In this document: positions 26,967 to 35,317 of the stretch, in pieces
Numbering within the stretch: position 1 is the stretch's first letter
How the letters are laid out: every line of letters starts with the position of its first letter
Assembly (NCBI GenBank): GCA_036252775.1
Contig: DASYID010000114.1
Coordinates: 1-58,251 of the forward strand
Direction: 5' to 3'
Length of the DNA stretch: 58,251 nt
Origin: Solirubrobacteraceae bacterium
Lineage (GTDB): Bacteria > Actinomycetota > Thermoleophilia > Solirubrobacterales > Solirubrobacteraceae
Notes under the pieces: model-generated
The model's input: only the letters and a program-made list of their open reading frames with translations
Told to the model about the DNA's origin: nothing
The model's database searches: none
Program-made: the position numbers and the translations under genes

Positions 26967-27734
26967 CTAGCGGGGCGCCATCCGCAGGGCGCCGTCGAGC
27001 CGGATGACCTCGCCGTTGAGCATCGTGTTGGTGACGATCGAGCAGGCCAGGGCACCGAACTCCTCGGGCCGGCCCAGACGGGCCGGGAAGGGCACCTGGG
27101 CGCCGAGCTGTTCGCGCGCCTCCTGGGGCAGCGCGCCCAGCAGCGGGGTGTCGAACAGGCCGGGGGCGATCGTGCACACGCGGATGCCCGAGGAGGCGAG
27201 GTCGCGCGCCGCCGGCAGCGTCATCCCGACCACGCCGCCCTTGGAGGCCGAGTAGGCGATCTGCCCGATCTGGCCGTCGTAGGCGGCGATCGAGGCGGTG
27301 TTCACGCACACGCCGCGTTCGCCCTCACCGTCTGGCTCGTTGCCCAGCATCGCCGCCGCCGCCAGGCGCAGGGCGTTGAACGTGCCGATCAGGTTGATGG
27401 CGATCACCTTCTCGAAGAACTCGAGCTGATGGGGGCCCCGCTTGCCCGCCACTTTCTCCGCCCAGCCCACGCCCGCGCAGTGCACGCTGATCCGCAGGCC
27501 GCCCTCGAGCTCGGCCGCGATGTCGACGGCGGTCTGGACCTGCTCGGGCTTGGTCACGTCGGCTCGGATAAAGCGCGCCCGGTCACCGAGCTCCCGGGCG
27601 AGCGCCTCGCCCTTGTCCTCGTTGACGTCGGCGAGGACCACGTGGGCACCGCGGCCGTGCAGGGCGCGCGCGGTGGCCTCCCCCAGGCCCGAGGCTCCGC
27701 CGACTATGAGCGCCGAGGCGTTGTCGATCTCCAT
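26967..27734 (-). CDS. SDR-family 3-hydroxyacyl-CoA dehydrogenase (HSD10-like)
   Basis: The cofactor-binding motif is [14 protein letters not shown], the catalytic motif is YSASKGGV, and the tail is [14 protein letters not shown]. Confidence 0.9.
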   Translation of the reverse strand: MEIDNASALIVGGASGLGEATARALHGRGAHVVLADVNEDKGEALARELGDRARFIRADVTKPEQVQTAVDIAAELEGGLRISVHCAGVGWAEKVAGKRGPHQLEFFEKVIAINLIGTFNALRLAAAAMLGNEPDGEGERGVCVNTASIAAYDGQIGQIAYSASKGGVVGMTLPAARDLASSGIRVCTIAPGLFDTPLLGALPQEAREQLGAQVPFPARLGRPEEFGALACSIVTNTMLNGEVIRLDGALRMAPR

Positions 27735-27761
27735 TGGCTGCGGACTCTATCCGGGCGCCGC

Positions 27762-27891
27762 CCGCCCCGCTCAGCGCACCCGCACTCGCATTCGCATTCG
27801 ATCCGCCCCGCTCAGCGCACCCGCACTCGCATTCGATCCGCCCCGCTCAGCACTCGCACCCCATCCGCCCCGCTCAGCGCACCAGCACCCG
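27762..27891. repeat. Decaying tandem repeat (4 copies, periods 41/35/27 bp) that reiterates the 3' end and stop codon of the ceramidase-like gene
   Basis: The core CCGCCCCGCTCAGC occurs at 27762, 27803, 27838 and 27865. The last copy contains the real stop (TCA at 27874-27876 on the plus strand). Confidence 0.85.
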
Positions 27892-30693
27892 CACCACATC
27901 GGCGCGGCGCCCGCCCGGCTCGCTCAGGCCGTGGGTGTCGGTGGCCCGGATGATGGCGGTGTAGCGCCCGCGGGGCAGGTGCGCCCGCAGGCGCAGCGAC
28001 CAGTGCTCGCGACCATGGGCCAGAAGCTGGATCCCGGGCTGGCGGCAGGGTTGCCAGCGGGTCAGGCGCCCGGCGGGGGTCATGAAGCGGCAGCGGTCGA
28101 GGCGTCGGTTGCGCTGCAGGAGGCTGACCGTCACCCGGGCGATGTGGCCGGGTCGGCGCGCGCAGCCGTGGGCCAGGGCCCGGCCGGTCAGGCGCAGGCG
28201 TTCGCCCCGGACCCGGATTGGGTGTCGCGAGCTGCGGCTGTGGGGCGGGATGCGCGCAGCGCAGGCGATCGGGCCGCGGTAGCGGAAGCCCTGCAGCCCG
28301 GCCATATTCGTGCTCCCCGGGCCCTTGCCGGTGGTGCCCGGGCTGCCGGGGGGGACGGGCAGGCCCGCCCGTTCAGCGGCGGTGATCTGCACGCCCGGAA
28401 CGCCTTGGCGATTGGTCCCCCCGCCCGAGCCCGACCCGGAGCCGCCCGAGCCCGACCCGGAGCCGCCCGAGTCCGATCCCGCGGACGCGCAGAAGCCTGC
28501 GGGCAGCACCGCGGGCTGGCTGGCCTGACCACCGAGCTTCTTGGCCGTGTCCAGGGGCGGATACTCGTCCATGTAGTAGCGCGCGCTCACGCAGCCGTTT
28601 GAGTCGAGCACGATCATGCCTCGCGTCGTCACGTCGGCGGCGCCCTGGGGCTGGCCGTCGTAGTCCATGAACAGCGCCGTAGCGTTCACCGCCCGTCCGC
28701 CGAAGCCCGCCGTCGTGGGCGAGCCGAGCAGCAGCCCGGCCGCCGGATCCATCGGCTGGCCGTCGCCGGGCACGAGGATCCCGGTGGCCCCCGTCGGCCA
28801 GCGGGTGTAGCTGCCGTCGGGCAGCACGTAGCGGCCCTGGACGATGTGGGCAGACGGGTCCTTCTGGGCGTCGAGCAGGCTCGCCAGGCCGTTGGCCACG
28901 ATGTTGCCGCCGGTGGGACCCACCGACTCGGACTCGAGCTTGTGGCGGTGGCCGTTCATGTCGGCGTAGCAGGTGTCGTTGTTGAACAGGCCGGGGGTCC
29001 CGGCGGCAAAGCCCCAGGCGGGGATCAGGTAGCCGATCAGGTCATCGGCCAGGCCGACCTGGAAGCGGTACAGGCCGTGGCTGTGCCAGGTGGGGACAGC
29101 CGGGTTGGGGCGATCGCAGCTGGCCTGCTCCTTGCCGAAGGGGCTGCCGAGCATCAGTGCCGGGAAGGACTCGCCTGGGTTGTCGATCAGCTGCAGGTCG
29201 GGCCCGATGTCCGCGTAGCTGAGGAAGGTGCGGAACTGGGTCGAGACCGTGGGCGCGACAAAGCCGTTGGGCACCGCCTGCACGGGGTTGCCGCTGGGAT
29301 CGCACACGTAGCCCTGGCGCTGGCCGAACAGCCCGGCGGCGGCGAGGGCGAGGAAGCCGTTGTTCTCCAGGGGAACGCAGACCTCCTTGCGCGTGAGCTT
29401 GACCGCCCCAGGGCTGAGCGCCGATCCGGCCTGGGCGGCGGCGTCGACGATCTCCGCGAAGCGCTGCCCGGTGGCCAGGGCCTGCTTGTACTGGGTGGGA
29501 ACGCTGCTGTGGTTCTCCGACCCGCCGTCAATCACCGGGGGGCTGGTCGAGGGGTCCTCGATCGATCCGTTGTCTCCCACCAGGAACATGGCAATCCCGG
29601 GGTGGGTGCTGTCAAAGGTGCTCTGGAACGCGCCGGGCCAGTCGCCGCTGATCTGCACGCCCGAGTTGCCCATCTCCTGGTTGTGAGCGGCCAGGCTCAT
29701 CAGCGTGAAGATCGGCGTGCCGTTCGGCGCCCGCGCTTGGAGCACTCCCAGCTTGGTGTCCACGGCGGCTGGCCGGTTGTCCTCGGGGGCATAGGAGGGG
29801 CGGGCCACCGAGGTGGGAAACTGGTCGGAGATCCGCTGCGACATGCCGGTCAGCAGGGGATAGGAGTCGGTGTTGAGGTCTGCGGGGATCGACCCCTGCA
29901 CCTGGTTGGCGAACAGCTTCGCGGGAGCTAGGGCATGCACCGCGTCCGCGGCGGCATGGGCGATCCGGTCGGCCAAAAAGCTGAGGTAGTACTCGTTGAT
30001 GCCCGAGCGCAACCCGACGCTGACCGGGGTCTGCAGAGCGCCGTACAGGCCGATCGTGTCGGGGGAGCTCTCGTTGTGGTTGGCGCTGACGATCAGGTCG
30101 GCGTCGACCTTGTAGGTGTTCTTCAGCATCGCTCGGGCCTGCTCGGTGTAGGCGTCGAACAGGCCGATCGACGCAACGGAGGCATAGACGACGGGTCTGG
30201 AGTGTCCGTCGGAGATTGCCACCGCCCGCGCCTCCAGCGGATCGTGGACGCCGTCGGCCGGGCCCTTGCCGTTGGGAGCGTAGATGCCGTCCCAGTGGCC
30301 GTTGCCGTTGGCATCGCAGAACGGCTCAGGTGGAGCGCTGACGCTGGGCGGAGCCTTGCTCGAGCTGATGTTCGCGTTGGAGTCCCATTTCTGGTTTGAG
30401 TTGACGTCGTTGAACGGCTCCTGGAGGGCAAAGAGCCCCTGGGTGGGAAACGGCGGGCTCTTACACAACAACGCGGTGGAGGCGAACTGGGTGTTGGCGG
30501 CGTCGCCGGCCGCCGTGCCGGCCTGCGGGGGAGTGCTGTCGGCCCTGCCGGCCCCGGCCAGGAAGCCGGCAGCGTGGGCGCCCGGCGCGCCCGCGGCGAG
30601 CCCGGTCGCGGCCAGGACCACGGCGAGCGCCGACGCTCTCAGGCGACGGGGGACGAAGGGAGGCAAGTGCGGCGAGCGACCGGAGATCGCCAA
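27874..30693 (-). CDS. Large secreted, divergent neutral-ceramidase-fold protein with Gly/Ser linker and basic C-terminal domain
   Basis: It has an RR-containing signal peptide (PRRLRASALAVVLAATGLAAGAPGAHA). GAGRADSTPP, HDPLEARAVAISDG and VSANHNESSPDT align with the GVGRADITPP / RLYARAIVL / SASHTHAGPS motifs of the 16858-19398 protein. The linker is (GSGSGSG)n. Confidence 0.7.
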   Translation of the reverse strand: MAISGRSPHLPPFVPRRLRASALAVVLAATGLAAGAPGAHAAGFLAGAGRADSTPPQAGTAAGDAANTQFASTALLCKSPPFPTQGLFALQEPFNDVNSNQKWDSNANISSSKAPPSVSAPPEPFCDANGNGHWDGIYAPNGKGPADGVHDPLEARAVAISDGHSRPVVYASVASIGLFDAYTEQARAMLKNTYKVDADLIVSANHNESSPDTIGLYGALQTPVSVGLRSGINEYYLSFLADRIAHAAADAVHALAPAKLFANQVQGSIPADLNTDSYPLLTGMSQRISDQFPTSVARPSYAPEDNRPAAVDTKLGVLQARAPNGTPIFTLMSLAAHNQEMGNSGVQISGDWPGAFQSTFDSTHPGIAMFLVGDNGSIEDPSTSPPVIDGGSENHSSVPTQYKQALATGQRFAEIVDAAAQAGSALSPGAVKLTRKEVCVPLENNGFLALAAAGLFGQRQGYVCDPSGNPVQAVPNGFVAPTVSTQFRTFLSYADIGPDLQLIDNPGESFPALMLGSPFGKEQASCDRPNPAVPTWHSHGLYRFQVGLADDLIGYLIPAWGFAAGTPGLFNNDTCYADMNGHRHKLESESVGPTGGNIVANGLASLLDAQKDPSAHIVQGRYVLPDGSYTRWPTGATGILVPGDGQPMDPAAGLLLGSPTTAGFGGRAVNATALFMDYDGQPQGAADVTTRGMIVLDSNGCVSARYYMDEYPPLDTAKKLGGQASQPAVLPAGFCASAGSDSGGSGSGSGGSGSGSGGGTNRQGVPGVQITAAERAGLPVPPGSPGTTGKGPGSTNMAGLQGFRYRGPIACAARIPPHSRSSRHPIRVRGERLRLTGRALAHGCARRPGHIARVTVSLLQRNRRLDRCRFMTPAGRLTRWQPCRQPGIQLLAHGREHWSLRLRAHLPRGRYTAIIRATDTHGLSEPGGRRADVVRVLVR

Positions 30694-30716
30694 GTTCTAC
30701 CGCCACCCGGCCGGCC

Positions 30717-30796
30717 ATGCGACGGTCGCCACGCGGCCCGCGATGCGACGGTCGCCAGCCGGCCCGCGATGCCACGGTCGGCCAGCCGGCCCGGCG
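30717..30796. repeat. Three tandem ~26-bp units in the intergenic region upstream of the ceramidase-like gene, each with an 11-bp palindrome core
   Basis: The units lie at 30717-30742, 30743-30768 and 30769-30796. GCGACgGTCGC occurs at 30719-30729 and 30745-30755, with a degenerate GCCACgGTCGG at 30771-30781. Confidence 0.85.
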
Positions 30797-30813
30797 GGAG
30801 CCGGCGCGCCACG

Positions 30814-31416
30814 CTAGCCGGTGGCCCCCGCCGGGGTGGTCTCGTTCCAGCGCCAGATGACGGGGGTCTCGCGCTCGAGCCCCAGCTGGCCCAGCGACCC
30901 GGTCGACAACCCCAGCAGGGCGCCCGCCTCGGGACCCAGCCCGATCCAGCGTGCCGCCAGCACGCGCAGCACGTGGCCGTGGGCGAACACAACCGTGGTG
31001 GCCTTCAGCGCTCGCAGGTCGGAGATCAGGACATCGACGCGGGCGCCCACTGCCGCCGCGTCCTCGCCGTCGGGGCAGCCGTCGCGCCACAGCGACCAGC
31101 CCGGGCGCTGCTCGCGGATCTCCGGGGTGGTCAGGCCCTCGTAGGCACCGTAGTCCCACTCCATCAGCTCGGGGCGCTCCTGGCAGCGCGCCCCGAGGCC
31201 GCACAGCTCGCACGTCTCGCGCGCCCGCGACAGGGGACTGCTCCAGACCCGCTCGACGGCTTTGAAGCGCTGGTCTAGCAGTGGGCCGAGGCGGCGAGCC
31301 GAGTCGCGGCCAGCGTCGGTCAGCGGGATGTCGGTGCGCCCGGTGTGGCGGCCCGTGGCGCTCCACTGCGTCTGGGCGTGGCGCACCAGGGCCACCGATG
31401 GCGCCTCCCCACTCAC
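30814..31416 (-). CDS. Histidine phosphatase (phosphoglycerate mutase) family protein
   Basis: The RHG-type motif is VALVRHAQTQWSATGRHTGRTDIPLT, and a second His region is FAHGHVLR. Confidence 0.85.
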   Translation of the reverse strand: MSGEAPSVALVRHAQTQWSATGRHTGRTDIPLTDAGRDSARRLGPLLDQRFKAVERVWSSPLSRARETCELCGLGARCQERPELMEWDYGAYEGLTTPEIREQRPGWSLWRDGCPDGEDAAAVGARVDVLISDLRALKATTVVFAHGHVLRVLAARWIGLGPEAGALLGLSTGSLGQLGLERETPVIWRWNETTPAGATG

Positions 31417-31449
31417 GGCGGTGGCGCCGTTCTCACGGCGATCGCCCGG

Positions 31450-32166
31450 TCACCGAGCGGGGGGCGCCGGGGAGGCGGCGTCGTCGACGATCAGCTCCAG
31501 GCGTCCGCGTCGCAGCAGGCTGGCGGGCACGTGCGGGTCGGGGCCGGCACAGACGGCGCCCACGGCGTCGGCCTTGCCGGCGCCGGGGGCCAGCAGCACG
31601 TAGTGGTGGGCGGCGTTGATGGTGTCGAGGGTCAGCGTGACCCGTTCGGGCGGGGGCTTGGGGGCGTCGTGGACGCCGACGCAGATCTGCCCGTGGGCCT
31701 CCAGCGCCCGACGGCCGGGAAACAGCGATGCCGTATGTCCGTCCTCGCCGAGGCCGAGCAACACGACGTCGAGCACCGGGATCCCGTGCTCGTTGGTGGG
31801 CACATGGCTGCACAGCTCCTCGGTGTACACGCGCGCGGCGGTGTCGGGTCCCAGCTCTCCCGGCATACGATGGATCTGCTCGGAAGGGACCTCGGCGTGG
31901 GCGAGCAGCGACTCGGCCACCATCCGGTAGTTGGAGTCCGGGTGCTCGGGCTCCACGCAGCGCTCGTCGCCGAACCACAGCTCGATCTCGCTCCAGTCCT
32001 TGACCCGGGGGCCGAGCAGCTCGTAGGCGCGCCGCGGGGAGCTCCCGCCCGACAGGGCCAGGTGGGCGTGTCCGCGTGCCCGCAGCGCCTCCGCCAGCAG
32101 GCGGTCGAGCACCTCGGCGGCCCGGCTCGCCGCCGCGGCGGCGTCGGCCACCGTGGTCAGGCGCAT
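31450..32166 (-). CDS. pgl: 6-phosphogluconolactonase
   Basis: Motifs are LALSGGSSPRRAYELL and FGDERCVEPEHPDSNY. The ATG overlaps the upstream stop by 1 nt (TGATG). Confidence 0.85.
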   Translation of the reverse strand: MRLTTVADAAAAASRAAEVLDRLLAEALRARGHAHLALSGGSSPRRAYELLGPRVKDWSEIELWFGDERCVEPEHPDSNYRMVAESLLAHAEVPSEQIHRMPGELGPDTAARVYTEELCSHVPTNEHGIPVLDVVLLGLGEDGHTASLFPGRRALEAHGQICVGVHDAPKPPPERVTLTLDTINAAHHYVLLAPGAGKADAVGAVCAGPDPHVPASLLRRGRLELIVDDAASPAPPAR

Positions 32167-34220
32167 CAGGCGTCGTGCTCGCGGTCAGATGGATCGGTGG
32201 ACGTGTCCTGCACCTCGTGCCGAGGGGAGCCCTCGCGCGCGGAGTGCGGGGCGCCCTCGCGATCACCTGGGGCGCCACCGCCATCACCCGGATCGCCGTG
32301 CCCGGGCCCCTCGCGTCGGCGGGCGTCCAGCGTCGACTGCGAGGCGGCAAGCTCGTGGTCGGCGTGGATCACGTGCATAACGGCATTGATCAAGGCCAGG
32401 TGGGTGAACGCCTGGGGAAAGTTGCCCAGGTGCCGGCCGCTGCGAGAGTCGAGCTCCTCGGCGTAGAGGTACAGCGGGCTGGCGTAGCCCAGCATCCGCT
32501 CGCACAGCGACCGCGCCCGGCGGGTCTCGCCGATCTCCGCCAGGGCGCTGACCAGCCAGAACGAGCAGATGGCGAAGGTGCCCTCCTCGCCCTCCATCCC
32601 GTCGTCGGTCTCGGAGGTCCGGTAGCGCAGGACCAGGCCGTTGGAGGTCAGCTCGTCGGCGATGGCCAGCACGGTGGCACGAATGCGCTCGTCGTCGGGG
32701 GGCAGGAAGCGCACCAGCGGAGCCAGCAGCAGCGAGGCGTCCAGGGCGTCGGTCTCGTAGTGCTGACGGAACACGCCGCGGTCGTCGACGCCGTTGCGAC
32801 AGATGTCGGCGTGCATCTCGTCGGCCGCCTCCTGCCAGTTCTCGGCGCGCTTTTCGTCCTCGCGCAGGCGGGCCAGGCGGGCGCCGCGGTCGGCTGCCAC
32901 CCAGCACATCATCTTCGAGGAGGTGAAGTGCTTGGGCTCCCCGCGCACCTCCCAGATGCCACGGTCGGGCTCGCGCCAGTGCTCGACGGCACGCTCGACC
33001 TGCTTGATGAGGATCGGCCACACGCGCTCGGGCATCTGGTCGCGTGACTTGGTGTGCAGGTAGACCGAGTCGAGCATCGTGCCCCACACGTCGTGCTGCT
33101 TCTGGTTGTAGGCGCCGTTGCCCACGCGCACCGGCTGCGCGCCCTCATAGCCCGACAGGTGGTCCAGGGTGTGCTCGTCGAGCTCGCGCTCGCCCCCGAT
33201 GCCGTACATGACCTGCAGCTCCTCGTCGCCCTCGGCCACGTCGGCGATGAAGTAGAAGAAGTCGTTGGCCTCCCAGTCGAAGCCCAGCGTGTACAGGCCC
33301 CACAGCGCGAAGGTCGAGTCGCGCACCCAGCTGTAGCGGTAGTCCCAGTTGCGTGCCCCCCCCGGCGTCTCGGGCAGCGAGGTCGTGGCGGCGGCCAGCA
33401 GCGCGCCGGTGGGGGCGTAGCTGAGCCCCTTGAGGGTCAGCGCGCTCCGCTGCAGGTAGGTGCGCCACGGGTGGTCGGGGAAGTCGCCGCGGCCCAGCCA
33501 TTCGTGCCAGAAGTCGGCTGTCTTGACCACGCGCTCGTAGGCCTCGTCCCAGCTGGTGGGCGGGTCGTGATCGCTCCAGGACAGGGCCACGAACGCCGTC
33601 TCCCCGTCGTGCATGGTGGTGCGGGCGCGCGCGCAGCCGCCCTCGAAGCCCAGCCGCAGGTCGGTGGTCAGGCGCAGCTTGAGCTCTGAATGTGGGCTGA
33701 CGCCCACCGCCGAGTGATAGCCGTCGGTGTCGTAGTCCCAGCTCACGCGATGGCGGCCGTAGTCGAGCACCGGCTCGCAGGCCATGTTCATCTCGACGGT
33801 GCCGTTGACGCAGCGCAGCGTGCGCAGCAGGACGTGGTCGGCGTCATAGTCGGTGGGCGAGCGCCGGTGGGTGTGGGAGCGCTCGCCCTCGTGGTGCCAG
33901 GGGCCGATCAGCAGGACGTCACGCACGATGATCCACCCCGAGCGCGTCCCCCAGGTGGTCTCCATGACCATCGTGCCCGGGACGTAGCGCCGGCCGGCGG
34001 GGACGGTCACGTCGGCGGGCTGAAGGATGAAGCCGCCCGCGTCGCGATCCAGCATGGCCCCGAAGATCGACGGTCCGTCCATCCGTGGCAGGCACATCCA
34101 CTCGATGTTGCCGGCGGGCGACACCAGCGCGCACACCTCGCAATCAGACAGGAAGGCGTAGTCGGCGATCGGAGGAAAGGGGCTTCCGCCCAGGGGCACG
34201 TCGCCGATGATCTGCCTCAC
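32166..34220 (-). CDS. Glycoside hydrolase family 15 protein (glucoamylase/trehalase-like)
   Basis: Motifs are IADYAFLSDCEVCALVSPAGNIEWMCLPRMD and NWDYRYSWVRDS. The probable start is the GTG at 34220, which forms a GTGA overlap with the opcA stop. The track start at 34256 would overlap opcA by 40 nt. Confidence 0.9.
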   Translation of the reverse strand: MRQIIGDVPLGGSPFPPIADYAFLSDCEVCALVSPAGNIEWMCLPRMDGPSIFGAMLDRDAGGFILQPADVTVPAGRRYVPGTMVMETTWGTRSGWIIVRDVLLIGPWHHEGERSHTHRRSPTDYDADHVLLRTLRCVNGTVEMNMACEPVLDYGRHRVSWDYDTDGYHSAVGVSPHSELKLRLTTDLRLGFEGGCARARTTMHDGETAFVALSWSDHDPPTSWDEAYERVVKTADFWHEWLGRGDFPDHPWRTYLQRSALTLKGLSYAPTGALLAAATTSLPETPGGARNWDYRYSWVRDSTFALWGLYTLGFDWEANDFFYFIADVAEGDEELQVMYGIGGERELDEHTLDHLSGYEGAQPVRVGNGAYNQKQHDVWGTMLDSVYLHTKSRDQMPERVWPILIKQVERAVEHWREPDRGIWEVRGEPKHFTSSKMMCWVAADRGARLARLREDEKRAENWQEAADEMHADICRNGVDDRGVFRQHYETDALDASLLLAPLVRFLPPDDERIRATVLAIADELTSNGLVLRYRTSETDDGMEGEEGTFAICSFWLVSALAEIGETRRARSLCERMLGYASPLYLYAEELDSRSGRHLGNFPQAFTHLALINAVMHVIHADHELAASQSTLDARRREGPGHGDPGDGGGAPGDREGAPHSAREGSPRHEVQDTSTDPSDREHDA

Positions 34221-35302
34221 GCGGGTGCCCCTGAGTGCTCGAGCATGGTCTGGCACGCCTCCAGCGCCGGGGCGTAGGTGGGGTCGCGCAGCAGGGCCTG
34301 GCGGATGCCCTCGCCCAGGATCCCCGGCTCACCGCGCGACGCGCCCAGCACCGTCCACTCGCGCTCGGCGCCCTTGGCCTTGTTGCGGTAGCGGGCCTGC
34401 AGGCCGCCCGGCCCGCGCTCCAGCGACAGCCAGCGGCCTGAGGAGGTCTCGAGCGTGAGTCCGGCCAGCCCCCGGACCTGCTGGTCGGGCTCGGGCTCCA
34501 GGCAGATCTTGACGCGGTGGCGCCGGGCCTCAGCGCTGCCGCGACGCATGTTGCCCTCGGCGATCAGGGGCTCGCAGCGCCAGTCCAGCCGCGAGGCCAG
34601 CCAGCCGATCAGCAGCATCGCGGCCACCGTGGAGTCGGCGTGATGGCGGACGGTGATGGCGCTGATCCGCCGCAGGTCGGGGCGCAGCGCGGCGGGGTCG
34701 AAGGTGGCGGCGATCCGTTCGCGCCACGGGGTCGAGCGCAACCAGGCCAAATCGACCACGTAGACGCTGTCTGACAGCCGGCGGGCACGCCGCACGGCAT
34801 CGGCGGGGTTGGGCTCGTCGATGGAGTCCAGCAGCACCACCTGGCTGAGGCGCAGCAGCGCCTCCAGCGCCTGCTCGTGGCCGTGGGGCGACCACACGAC
34901 GGTGGCCAGGTCGGTGACCACCAGCGGGTCGACGATCGTGTCGAGGTGCTCGAGGTGCTGGGGGCCCACGTCGACGATCACCGTTTCACGGGTCAGCGCC
35001 AGATGGTCGTCGGAGGGCTCGGAGTCGGCAGCGATGCTGGCGGTGGCGTCGATCGTCGTGCGCTTGGGGTCCACCGCGCAGACCACCGTGCGCGAGGCGT
35101 GAAAGCGGCCCACGCCCCGCAGGCGGTTGGCGATCTCGCCACTCCACTCGCGGTCGACGACGCAGACCAGGTTCAGCACCCGCGCCGGGACGTAGCTGGC
35201 GTTCTCGGCGTGGCGCTCCTTGAGCAGCTGACGCAGGGCGGCCTCGATTGCCCCCGGGGTGGTGTCCTGCTCGCGCCAGACGCTGTCAGAGACCCCGGGC
35301 AT
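34217..35302 (-). CDS. opcA: Glucose-6-phosphate dehydrogenase assembly protein OpcA
   Basis: The OpcA pattern is GAIEAALRQLL...RVLNLVCVV, and the gene sits directly downstream of zwf. Confidence 0.85.
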   Translation of the reverse strand: MPGVSDSVWREQDTTPGAIEAALRQLLKERHAENASYVPARVLNLVCVVDREWSGEIANRLRGVGRFHASRTVVCAVDPKRTTIDATASIAADSEPSDDHLALTRETVIVDVGPQHLEHLDTIVDPLVVTDLATVVWSPHGHEQALEALLRLSQVVLLDSIDEPNPADAVRRARRLSDSVYVVDLAWLRSTPWRERIAATFDPAALRPDLRRISAITVRHHADSTVAAMLLIGWLASRLDWRCEPLIAEGNMRRGSAEARRHRVKICLEPEPDQQVRGLAGLTLETSSGRWLSLERGPGGLQARYRNKAKGAEREWTVLGASRGEPGILGEGIRQALLRDPTYAPALEACQTMLEHSGAPA

Positions 35303-35317
35303 CAGTCCGCGGTCACC

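Noticed and set aside
26673-28602. The 426-aa and 386-aa plus-strand ORFs crossing the SDR gene, the intergenic repeats and the ceramidase-like gene.
   Set aside because: They run antisense to motif-supported genes and read straight through a non-coding tandem-repeat array. No domain is recognisable.
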